A DNA stretch of 64,000 bases from Botryllus schlosseri (lineage: Eukaryota): the NCBI GenBank assembly GCA_051294905.1, contig CM119372.1, positions 19,160,001-19,224,000 on the forward strand, written 5' to 3'. The notes beneath the pieces are model-generated. The model had not been told where the DNA came from. It did not search any database and was given only the letters and a program-made list of their open reading frames with translations. Both the position numbers and the translations under genes were made by a program. Of this stretch, positions 52,651 to 64,000 are shown one piece after another. Every line of letters starts with the position of its first letter. Within the stretch, counting starts at the first letter, position 1.

Positions 52651-54746
52651 CAGGGGTGGGCAGACCTGCTTCATGCACGAGCAGCATAGCAAAAATCTAC
52701 GTTTTAGCAGAACCACAACACAAAAATCAAAAATACGAATTCATTACGTTAGAATGAAATGTAGGCTATCGAATTAGGTTTATTATTGTGTGGTGATACA
52801 GTGCATCCCCAACTGGACTGCAAGGTGTTTGAAATCAGACAGCTGTAACGTCAAGGTAGTGAGAAGCAGTTCCTTCAAGTGGTACTGAAGTGGCCTATGT
52901 AACGTACGTTTAGTCGTTGCTTAGTCAACGACCATACGTTATATTTGGATTGGATATTCGGCTATAAGTTTAGCTCGTCTAGAAGCTTACCAATTCAGCC
53001 GCAACCCTAGTCCAGTGTTGGGATGACTCGTGTCATGACTTGACTCGAGTCAGACTTGAGTCACCTTTTTCGCATGACTTGACTTGACTCGAGTCACTTT
53101 GTTGAAATGACTTGACTCGTGACTCGGACCAAAATTCACGAGTCAATTTCAAGTCATCAAGTAATCGGTGTGGATAAACATCACTGTATCTTGCATATAT
53201 TCGGATTGTTTGCAAAACGCTGGTGTAACCCGTGAGAGCGAATAATCATTCAAATATTGTGCGTTTCACAAAATCTCGATTGTTCTCTCACAAATAAATA
53301 GTCCGCAAATGATCAGGAGCTGCGCTATCGTGATTAATATATCCAATTGAACATGATGATTTATCATTAATGACAAGATATAAATGCATGCACCATTGTT
53401 GCGTGTGGAACGTTTGTGTGAACTCGATTCGAGATGTGGTGCCAATCCCTACATTTTACAAAATAACATCAGGACAGAAAGAACACGAAAACAATACGCA
53501 TGTTGTTATTGCGTGATAGAATGCATCAATTCATATCCCGGCTAAACCAGGGGTTCTCAACCCTTTTTTGGTCGTGGCCTATTTTGCGGTTTGAAAATGT
53601 TCTGTGGCCCACCTCTTATCATTGAGCCATAGTGTGTGGTAATCTCTGCTGCCGATATGCCCAATTCTATAAAAAATGCGCAGTTTTCTCTTACTAATCA
53701 TATTTGAATCTAAACCTGTAGGAACAATAATTTGCGCGAAGCAATTGGGGGTTTGGGGTGCGACAGCTACGGCCCTGGAAGATCGTACAACTCTTCTGTA
53801 CATCTGCTGAGTCGCGTCGCGAAACCCAATGATCCAATTCCTGCATCCACTGTGTGATTGGGGTTTTAGTACCACTATGGTGGGGAATAATAAAACCATT
53901 CTAAGCCTGCTTCAAACAATTCTACAGAGAAGTGGACAAATAATATTTAAATATGCTAGCTGCACAATGTATAGCCTACAATTTGTACGGTACATAGTAT
54001 ATCATGTGCATTGAGGTTTTAATGTCAGAACATTAAATCCAACGAGACAATCAATTCATGTTACTCTTACTTTATGTACAATGATTTCAAGTCCGGTCAA
54101 TTTTAGATTTATGTGCTCCACTAAATCCGCAATCCATGATGACTCGACGCGGTGGTGCCGTATACTTCCACAGGAAGTTGATAATTAATAATGAATTGCA
54201 ATTGTGGCTCTGTTTATGTTACTACGATACAACCAAATACCGTAAATCTACATCAAATGCACTTCACTCCAGTTTAATGCACACCGTCTTCAAGGGCACA
54301 CGGCGTATGACACTGCCGGAATACTTGGTTACTTCAGCATTTACTTCCAGTCATTATATAATCGAAATTATTTTCGTTTTCTGTAGGTAGTATAGGTTGT
54401 CATAGCCGGGGAACAAAAGTCACAGTTTCCCGGCTCCCATTTTCGAGTTGTATAATTGCGACTACACATGTGTCACTAATGTCACTATATGTCATGAGAG
54501 AGTCGGATGTAAAGCTTCATGTAGCCTACGTATAATTCGACAGCATGAATATGTTTTTGAATGTATGCTCATAGCAAATATAACTCAACTTTCACTAATT
54601 CTACAACTTTCCTATTAGCTCTGTGGCCCACCTCTAATTCCTCCTGTGGCTCACCCTCCGAGAACCCCTGGGCTAACCTCTTGCAAAATGGCAATCAATA
54701 ACGAGCTGCAATCAAAGGCTCAAAGAGCTGCAGTTTGTCCACCCCT
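52651..54746. mobile_element. hAT MITE in kelch intron 2 with a nested hAT at 53548-54670
   Basis: The inner element has a CAGGGGTTCTC TIR and TSD GGCTAAAC/GGCTAACC; the outer TSD is degenerate. Confidence 0.6.
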
Positions 54747-54863
54747 AATAGATATGATACTATACTGACTGATCATTTTAACGATAGCCCGAATATTGGC
54801 CCACCTGTTGCCGAAATTTGCCCTTCGATATTGTCATCAACGTGAATATCAATTTTCTTTTAG

Positions 54864-55078
54864 TAGGATTTTTTCCGCTGTCGTTGTTTACGAGGAGTGC
54901 ATTTGGGTCATTGGTGGTTGTATATCTGATAGCGGGCCTACCAATTCCGTTGTTATATACAATCCCAAGACAAAAAAATGGAGCGATGGACCTAGCATGG
55001 AGCACGATAGATTTTCACTGCGTGCAGTTGTGGTGGGAGGTGCCATTTATGCGGTGGGGGGAACCAACGAAACGGGAA
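54864..55078 (+). CDS. Kelch-repeat protein exon 3 (RIFSAVVVYEECIWVIGG...YNPKTKKW...AIYAVGG)
   Basis: Canonical kelch GG/Y/W motifs in ORF 54796..55182; TTTTAGTAG acceptor; A|GTACGT donor. Confidence 0.85.
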
Positions 55079-55508
55079 GTACGTCCTTTTCTTGTCGTAA
55101 ACAATTATATGATTCGGGTTCTGATTTCACCGTTTCGCCTCAATATCGGCCTGATCCTGGCAGCAGTTTTACGATCCATTGACCAGTAGATTTGAAAAAA
55201 ATGTATATTTTCGCGTAAATATTATTGCACGTAATAATAAACTGAGCATAGGAATTTTAATTGTAACTTCCCGTCACAAGTGGAAACAGAAATGACTGTA
55301 ATGCCATGGTACTGGTCTGGTTGGTCCTGAAAGAAGCTTTACGTTCGTGGGACCAGCGAATTTAGATTGTGTTTATTGGGTCCGGCGATCCGTAGCCTAG
55401 GCAGACGATACAAATATTCGAAATGTGTGTGGTTGCCAGATCAGAGGTTGACAGAACTGAAGTGTATTTTTTCACGCGTGCGTGTTTCTCCCCTCCATTC
55501 TATTTCAG

Positions 55509-56059
55509 ATCTTGATCAAACTGAATCGTGTAACGGATCAGGATGGTGTGAAGAAAACCCAATGCAATTTCCGAGGAGCAATTTCGCAATCGCAGCAAGT
55601 AGTGAAACGATGTACGCGTTGGGCGGGAATTCCGAAAGACCAGCTATAAACCTTAGCGTAGAATCATATCAGGTTCATGCGGTTTGCAGATCCTGGCAGC
55701 TTGATGATGTAGCCATGAAAAGCCCGCGTCGGAAGCCCAAAGCCGCTGTCGTCGACGATCAGCTTTACATTTTGGGCGGTGACGACAGAAATACGGTGGC
55801 TGTTAAAGATTTGCGTGCTGTAACATCCCAACCATGGGTCCTCGTATCTCTATTACGATTTGAATCCTGGGACTTTGATGTCGTGGCATTCGAAAGAAGG
55901 CTGTACGTCGCAGCAACGATCATGTTCGAAAATGTACACCGTACCATCTTCGAGGTGTTCGATACGGAGATCTACGAGTGGACGGATTTGCCGCCGCCAA
56001 CCGGGAAACCTATTCACAGTATATCAGCTGTTATTGAGAAAGAATATTCTCGTCTGTGA
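55509..56059 (+). CDS. Kelch-repeat protein last exon (MYALGG, LYILGG, LYVAA repeats)
   Basis: TATTTCAG acceptor in phase 1 with exon 3; three further kelch repeats in ORF 55367..56059; TGA stop. Confidence 0.85.
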
Positions 56060-57091
56060 AAGCTCGATCGTCCTTTAGAAACCATATACCACATCAGCAA
56101 TTAAATGTTATGATCGCATTGATGCAACCTCCTATTTTTGTATTTGACAAACCACTCTGTGGCGAATTGCAGGAATAAGCTCCTAGGAACGTAGGGATAG
56201 ATGATAATGTTAAAGTTTCAATCCAATTCGGACGTGTCGTGTCGTCTAAATTGCTTCGGACCAGGTCTTTGGAGACGGAGCCGCACATTTTTAGCGCAGC
56301 TGGAGCCAGAGCTCTACATAGAATTCAAGTGGAGCCGGAGGTAGAGCCGGTTGTATGAACATTGAACAGTAACTCCAGCTCCGATGTATTTTATAAGATG
56401 CTATGCTTTCATATTGATGCCTGAATTCGCATACTTTCACGATAATCACTCTTTAAATGAAGAACTGTTGCCTCGTTTGCACAATCTTTTCTAACTAACC
56501 AGTAACCATGTTCAATTGCTCATAGATATAGGCGCCAAACCTGGGTAGGCTGGATTTGCCGCGCTCACTCCGTAATTATTGTATTACAGACATAGCCTCT
56601 ATTTCGTCATCAGCACAACACCGATGACCAACGATGAGGTTCGAGAAATAATGGAGACCGTGCATGTCCCAGAACTGGATTGATGCTTATGTGAGCTCGG
56701 CAATTTACCTAATTAATAACGAGACGAATATATAAGCGACGCCATAGGATATAAACATGACCTTGCTGTACACATGTACATGTTTTTTTGGATACCGCAC
56801 CCCGAGAAACATTGTTTCCTTTCTGCGTTGGATGTGCAAATGCACGTTTTTCGTTCCTACTACTTAATCGTAGCGCAAAATTGGACATTATGTTACCGTT
56901 TTTGTCTACAAATTGAAATTCACTCAAGTAACGATTTGCGACGTAAATAGGGAAATGCATCTGTTTCTGCGCGGCAGTCTTAGTCCTGCGCTGCCGATTA
57001 TAGGCGCAGAAGCCTGTCTAATGGGGTTATCTGCGGATGTTAATCGTATTAATTATACACGTATTCCATGACTTTAATAACACAATACCAC

Positions 57092-57540
57092 TAGGCTTAG
57101 CATATTTTGGAAATGTAAAAAGAGGACACTTTTTCAGAAATTCGAGACTTGCAAAACCGGAGAAGAATTCTCAAAAACCGGTGAATTTTTCCCACTTTGT
57201 GACCGGTTGACTAAAAAAAAAGGAAAAAAAAGGTCATCACTTTGCGCTCAGAGCCCAAAATACCGTTCTTTTCTCCGCATTGCTAGGTGGATGACTAAAA
57301 AAAAAAGTCATCTTTCCGCTCGAAGCTCAATATAGCGTTTTTCGCTCCGAAATACCCTCCGGAGCGTCACTTCTGTGCTAATTTACGGCATATCACTCGC
57401 AATTTGCTCTAAATCTGACCTCGATTTTCAAAAAAGAGGACAAAAGCTCAAAAAAGAGGACAAAAGGGCGTCCTCCGAGGACACTTTCAAAAAAGCAAAA
57501 AAAAGGACAAATCCTCTTAAGAGGACGAATGGTAAGCCTA
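57092..57540. mobile_element. hAT MITE (TAGGCTTACCAT family); another copy covers 1-210
   Basis: TIRs; TSD AATACCAC/AATAACAC; near-identical to the window start. Confidence 0.85.
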
Positions 57541-59173
57541 AATAACACGCTCAAGACGGATTCGAATGACGATAGCTGACAAATAGTGTAGCAACAGCAA
57601 CTAACACACAGCTTGATGAAGATAGCAGGCACGTAGTGCAGCAACGGCAACAGACGACCGAATGAACGTGATGACGTAAGTAAGATTTACAATTAATTTT
57701 GCGACAACGTAAATAACCAACAGATGGTGGTCCGCAGACGCTTTATATAGCGGTAAGAACAGCCTATCTGAAAAGGCTTGATTACAAATGATTACTAAAA
57801 TCGGGATTAAGAACATGAAAGCCCTGCAAATCGCTATTGTAGTGTGCATACAATTGTCGCGACGCGAGTTGGTCAATGGCGACGTCCGAACCCTGCCCAG
57901 TTGTCGAATATAATAGGGCAGTGCTTTTCAACCTTTTTAAGCTTCATTCGCACTTTTTTTGTAAAATAAATTTCATTCGCACAAACTAACCGAAAATTTT
58001 TATACAAAATGAAGATGAAAATACAACATTTATTTGATCAGATTTGCAACAAATTGCCTACTATGTATCTTAAGCAATCAAGTGTTTCATTAAAAAGGCT
58101 ACTATTTTCGCTCGTTTTGATTTCAACAATTTCACTAAAACCCTTCTCGGCCAAACAAGTTGTTGAGTTTTGTACAAGAAGGTTTATTAGTGCTTGGGTG
58201 ACCAGGTCTTAAAATCTTTTCTGCATTCCCATCCAAAATACGACGTATTTTTTTCACAATTGAAAAATGCTTGCTGGATGAAATCGATTTTGAAAGCTGA
58301 CAAAAAGGTCTAGGAGGCTCCAGTATATCGAAAGGGTGAAAAAACCAATTGTTTGTGTTGTGACTTTTGCATTATGTCTTGGAAAATTAGGTCCAAACGA
58401 TGAAGGAGAGTGGGCACATTAGAGCTCGCCCCCTTATGATAAGTTGCTCCATTTTTTTTTTCGATTTCCCATTTTCTGTCTCGCGAGTATGTGGGAAGAA
58501 CAAATGAACTCACGATACTGTGTGTTCTTCTCTTGAGCTTACTCTAACTAAATACTAAATACAGTAAATAACTAAATACAGTCCATCCTCAAGATTACCG
58601 GACCACGACTGACCTATCGATCTCGCTTCCAATGACATGCCGCCCTATTTCTTGTCGCTTTCTTTTTCTATACTATCTTCTTTACTTTCATTCAGTGTGC
58701 ATGCCGCCTCCTTACATCGCCTAGGCCAAGGTGGGTGTCCGATTCCATAGACAACTCCTAGTCGCTTCGACATCTTCCTTTCTCTTCATTGTATCGCATT
58801 TTTTGTGGTGCATTGAACTGATAAAATTGCTAATAAACCAATGAATGATGATGATAACTTGAGAATTCATAACAGTTTAATAAAGTCAAAGCAGCTTTTT
58901 GGGCTAGCAGCTTTTTGGGCTAACACCAAAATTTGAGTTTTTGCGGCATCTCACGACCCGAGCCTCACCCATGAAAAGGATTTCAGTTTTAATATTACAG
59001 TAGTAGCCTATATGCTACGATCTTACTGACATGTATGACATACAGAATGACATATGTCTGACGCACGCGATCTCAAATCAGGGTGAATTAAATTCCTCTG
59101 CGTGTCGCAGTTGTATTACTGCAGTCTACTCAGATTGCAAGAACCGTACTATCCCTTGCCTACAACGGAGCAG

Positions 59174-59940
59174 TAGGGTTGTGACCAAGTCACATTGCTC
59201 CGAGTCACGAGTCAATCTTACTTTTGTGGTTTTGACTCGAGTCATTTTCAATTCATCACCGACTCGAGTCCGAGTCCAAGTCACCGTGTAAAGGCTCAAG
59301 TCCGAGTCATAGTGTAATGACTCGAGTCGAGTCCAAGTCACAGTATCGAAGTCTTGTTCAACTCGTGTTTTCAATCCTGAATTAGCTTATAGCTTATGGA
59401 GAATCAACGAATTCATCCTACATGCTATCTGATATATAGAAGCAACGAATTCACGTATAGATACCAGCTGATAGAAAATCAACAGATGCATGTTTATGTA
59501 AACGTACAGTTTTTCTTCCACATTATCAGGTGTTCGACTAAAAAAAAAGGGCAGCTTTCCTCTGCTCAGCTCCCGAAATAGCCGCCGGAGCGTTACTACT
59601 ATGAGAGAAAATTTTGGATTAGTTACAAATAGAGATTTTCGAATTTTACCGGCTACCTCATGATAGTGTTATATCGTGTAAAAATAAGATTCATAGCAAA
59701 ATTGGCTCAATTCCAACTAGAAAAAGCGAATTTATTAGAGTGGAATATTTTGGATATCTCAAAATAGTCGGCTTACGACTAGCATGTAATTCTTAATTAT
59801 ATTATACGAAATAATTTCTCACCAAAAACACTCCCTTTATTTTCAAATATAAAATTTTCTCCTCTAATATCATTGATTCTACTTATTAAAATTAAGCCAG
59901 ATGCAGTGTTCTTTTTATGCAACATAACAATTTTAATATA
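59174..59940. mobile_element. One arm of a GACTCGAGTC-family hAT element, truncated at the PLE 3' end
   Basis: Inverse homology to ~48640-49759. Confidence 0.7.
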
Positions 59941-60362
59941 CATTTTAATAATATATTCATATTAAAACCCGAAGCTTTTCGAGCTGACACTTTTCAAGGG
60001 CAATCGTCAGCAAATGGAGAATTTCAAAAACATGCATCTAGCTACATTGCATACAACCAATTATGACGTCATAGAAACAAACAACATGAAATACAGGCAA
60101 ACCGCGAGCGCAGCTAGTGGCCAATTTTCAGATTCACTAAAAATTCCTTCTGCTGACACAGGCGCGGTCGGTGGATTTTAATATAAGTCGATTCCAGTGC
60201 AGACAGATGGAAATTAGTGCGGCCTCTGCCTAATATAGAAAATCTTTCATCGCAATAATTTTTAGCGCAAGTTGCATTCTCAGCCAAATGCTTGCCGATG
60301 GCAGAGTTCATAGCCATGGCCTGATTACGTTCTAGTAATCGCAGATCAGTTACGGCTGCGTC

Positions 60363-62991
60363 CAATGTTCCCTCTAATTTTTGACGAGTCTGCGCAAACA
60401 CGCCAACTCGCTGCGCAGGCCCATAGACAACAGTGCGCAACCCGGTCCTTCATATGGTGATAACCCTAATTTCTGGGGGGCTTCGCCCCACAGACCCCCC
60501 TCGGCCGTTGCGATTTTTGCCGCTACTTTTAATCTATGTTGCGTGTCCGCTTAGTGGCTCTGTAGCCTGGACGCGCGAAGCGCGAAAAAATTATATAATT
60601 CATAATTTAATCGGTCAAAATGATCGGGATTTGCATATATATTGCTATCAATTTTGATTCTCTCTCTGCTCACGTAACCAGACTTACCGGTAGAGCTGAT
60701 CGAGTAACGTGTGTTGAAAAAGGTAGGACCCCTAAATAATATCAAATATCTTCGGGCGTACCCTTTCGGTACATGATGCTCTTTCGTGTCCTCCTATCTG
60801 CTGTGTCAAAAGATACTGAAATCGCCCAAACGTACTAAACTAATACGTACACGATTTCAAATTGTTATTTTTGCTTTGAAAAAGTTGCATAAATTTCCAA
60901 AAAATTACTCCATGATTTATGTTTATTCACGAAATAATTTGGGTTCCCATTCGAGCTCGGGTCGCCCATTTGGGGGGTTCGGGGTGCGGTAGTTACGGTC
61001 CTGTGCGTAACACCAGACGTGCGTGTATCCATTCGAGTCACATGATTCATTGATAGAATCAAAATACAGCATTTACATTCAGTTTTATTGCATTACACCA
61101 GATAATCACATTATGAGTGTAGATGGGGAACTGCGCTCTAAACATGATGTGGTTGAAGTTAAAGCCATTGAGGGCATTTATTCTTCTCAGAACTCCGTCG
61201 CGTTTGGGCTCCCGCTGAAATATTTTCGGGATATGCACCAGCACACGTGCGACTCTGTGGTGTCGCAAAGGGCTAAGAAGCATTCACCCGCAATTGCGAT
61301 AAACCTCGACATCATGGATATCGCACGTGTTCTGTGGTGCATATATTGAGGGTGTTTTGGCTACAGTTCGAGTGCGGTGGCTTTCTGAGGAAAACGAATG
61401 TTATTCTTTTCCATATTTTGCTTCTCCACATACTTTGCAGAGCACACCTTTATCGCTCGAAAAAGATAAATTCTCACCTAATTTTACAGATTTTTCTTCC
61501 GTTTTCACATGCCCCGACAACAGCTATGTTAAACGAATCGCATTTTTTGCCAATTTGGCTTGGTGAGGAGATGAGAAACTACCCATTGTTTTGCCATTAA
61601 TAAAAGCGGCCAGTAGAAACAGTGCTAAGCAGAATTTGTGAGTATTCGCTCAACGTTGGCCACACCGGCAAGCAGCTAGGAGCTAGCCAAAACACTTGTA
61701 GCGACACAAATGGACGCCTGTAACCGCAAGTACCATAGACGGCGAATCCTGTTGTTGTGCGCCCATCTGTGACGTCACAATTAATCAGTGTACATATGGT
61801 GACATACTATGGATTACCAGTAGACAGACATACACGCACGAATATCAATATATTCGAGATAGTGTAATGGTTATGCGTCCGGCTTCTCGAGCGGTAGGTC
61901 GTGGTTCGATCCCCGGCCGGGTCACACCAAAGACTCGAAAAATAGTATCCGCAGCTATCCTGTTAGGCGCTCAGCAATCACGGATAGCATGGAGGAGAAA
62001 AAAAACGGGGGCGCAGACTAGATGACCTCATGGGGCCGTATCGCAACTCCGTCGCCAAAGCGTCTCGATGGTGCGGCGAGAAAAAATATCATATCTATGC
62101 GATCGATGTAGGCCTATCGCGTTAAAAATTGATGTGACGTCTCAATACCGGCAGATATAATGATACGAATATTCAAGTCTGATTGAAGCAAGAACAAGAT
62201 CAGCGAATGACCTTATCGACAGAAGATACCCGTGTAAACGAATCGAATAAAATCACAAATTTGTGCTGCTCAGAAGCTGATCTAATGCAATGCCCTACAG
62301 TGCATATAGTCGCAGTGATCTACCTTTGCAAAGGGATGGATTTTTTCAACAATATTGGTGCTTGTACTTGCATATTATGCATATTATCCTATGTTACCAT
62401 ACATGATCAGATTTGCCTGATGGTAGTGTGGACTTCGAAAATTCGCGGCATGTAATTGTACAGTAAATCTTACACAATGTTCATGCCACGCGGAGAAGAC
62501 TATTCGTTGGTTTCTCGCAGTTTACCTTCGAGCTATCCCATTGTTATTTATAACTTTGTTAAGTCAAGTTAAACCATGTTATTTCGCCATTCCCACAAAT
62601 GATTGCGCTATTGAAATGATATCAGTATCGCTCACGCGTACGATACCATTCTAAAAGAAAAATCTCTTTCGTGAGGCGCACACGATTGCAAATTCTCATT
62701 GCTTCACGGAAAGCAATATTTACCTTTGCGGACCGCATCTGTAGGCCTACCTCGGTTTCAGACTTCAGCAATAGCACTATTTACCCCTGGCAATGTTCCC
62801 TCTCATTTTTCTCGAGTCTGAGCGCTGGCGCGGTGCCTTGGACAACAGTGCGCAATGATTTTAAAAAAAAGTCATCACTTCGGATTTTTTGTGCGCAGCC
62901 TGCCTAGATTTTCTGTGCCTAGATTTTCTGTGCGCAGAGACCGTTTCAGCACTGCGCATTTGCGCACGTGCGCAGCTTAGAGGGAACATTG
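60363..62991. mobile_element. Non-autonomous hAT-type composite insertion in the PLE endonuclease
   Basis: 15-bp TIR CAATGTTCCCTCTAA; 8-bp TSD GCTGCGTC at 60355-60362 and 62992-62999. Removing it restores the frame ...REDAAVTDL... Confidence 0.9.
61856..62095 (+). mobile_element. SINE family C (MetaSINE-like), intact
   Basis: A box TAGTGTAATGG, B box GGTTCGATCCC, core GGGTCACACCAAAGACT...GGCGCTCAGCA. Confidence 0.75.
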
Positions 62992-64000
62992 GCTGCGTCT
63001 TCGCGAGAGTCCAGTGTGCGTGATCTAATAATGCTCGGAACATGTTGTTTGATGCGTTCCTGCAAGCGCTGAGTTGTTCCTCCCACGTACCGACAATCAC
63101 AGTGGCACTTGAAATCATCGACTATTGCTTTGTTGAGAAGCAGGTAGAACATCTTTGCGCGTTGCAGGAAGCAATTGTTTGGTGGTAAACACAACATTCG
63201 TTTTTACGTTATCGTAACAACGATTGACAGCAGAAATCAATTGCTTTTCAAACCGGGAAGAGATTGGGCCCAGCCACGGTAAATGTATATATACATTTTC
63301 CTCAGATCGTGTGTTCGTGTTTTGTGACTTGTTGGGATTGAAATTCCTGAGTTTTCTGTCAACAGAACTCTTGATGATGTGTTCGGGGTACCCGTTATCG
63401 ATTAGAATTTTGCGGATATATTCTAGCTCCGCGTTTAATTTTTCCTCCGAACAAATCATCAAGGCTCTGTGCACCAACGTGCCAATCAAATTTAGTTTAC
63501 GGCGATTCGGGCTAAAAGAATTCCAGCGTATATAATGCTCTGTAAACGTTGGCTTCCGGTAAATCGAAGTGACAGAGCTAATACCCCGTTTTTCCACTAG
63601 AACGTCTAAGAATGGTAACGAGTTAGCACGCTCTTTTTCAAATGTGAATTTTAAAGACGAGTGTAGAGAATTCAAGTTATCAAAAAAGTCATGGAACTCC
63701 GTCTCATTTTGACAGATAACGAAAGTGTCGTCGACATAGCGACGGTACATGAATGGAGGCTTGGTTTCATCTGTCGCGAAAAGTCTATTTTCATGGAATC
63801 CCACAAATATATTGGCTAAAATCGGGCCAAGAGGGCTACCAATAGCTACACCGTCGGTTTGCATGTAGATGGTATCGTTAAAACTAAACTCAACAGAGCA
63901 AGTAGCCGTATTAAGAAGTTCAACGAACACTTTACGCGAGAAGGAAGGTGGTGCTAAATCACCACCACCATAGAGCGCGTCCGCACAGATATTAATGGTC

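Larger units (their letters stand above)
59960..64000 (-). mobile_element. Penelope-like retroelement (RT + GIY-YIG endonuclease), disrupted and running off the window end
   Basis: ORF 63115..63930 has QTDGVAIGSPLGPILANIF and YRRYVDDTF. The endonuclease reads FKCHCDCRYVG.TTQRLQERIKQH (~63120-63040) and SAIGKHL...ALESTYIK...P.LC.QKE (60114-60350). There is a frameshift near 63125 and a 2.6-kb insertion. Confidence 0.92.

Noticed and set aside
61734..61811. Fourth CATAG..CTATG scar
   Set aside because: The arms are not complementary beyond 5-6 nt and the flanks do not form a 7-bp TSD.

Overview
This is animal genomic DNA, probably from a tunicate-like invertebrate chordate (inferred from gene content, repeat families and unpaired splice acceptors). 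No prokaryotic features, rRNA or CRISPR were seen. Three spliced host genes can be rebuilt by hand: (1) a 4-exon, 170-aa PRR13-like Pro/Gly/His/Lys/Ser protein on the minus strand (15757->8981); (2) a 4-exon, ~193-aa coiled-coil protein on the plus strand (40189->44363); (3) a kelch-repeat-only protein on the plus strand (51617->56059) with a 1-nt phase conflict between exons 2 and 3. Most of the remainder is deeply nested transposable elements whose ends and target-site duplications (TSDs) can be read directly. These include hAT, Harbinger-like, Merlin-like, EnSpm/CACTA-like and P/Galileo-like foldback elements, three tRNA-derived SINE families, and a Penelope-like retroelement split by a composite hAT insertion. 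The most unusual signals are three 40-52 bp YATAG..CTATR micro-hairpins with 7-bp TSDs that look like P-element excision scars, 5- to 7-level nests, a hAT unit with two left ends that appears to have mobilised 2.3 kb of bystander DNA, decayed passenger genes inside TIR elements, and a module-swapped PRR13. All family assignments come from motif recall, not database searches.
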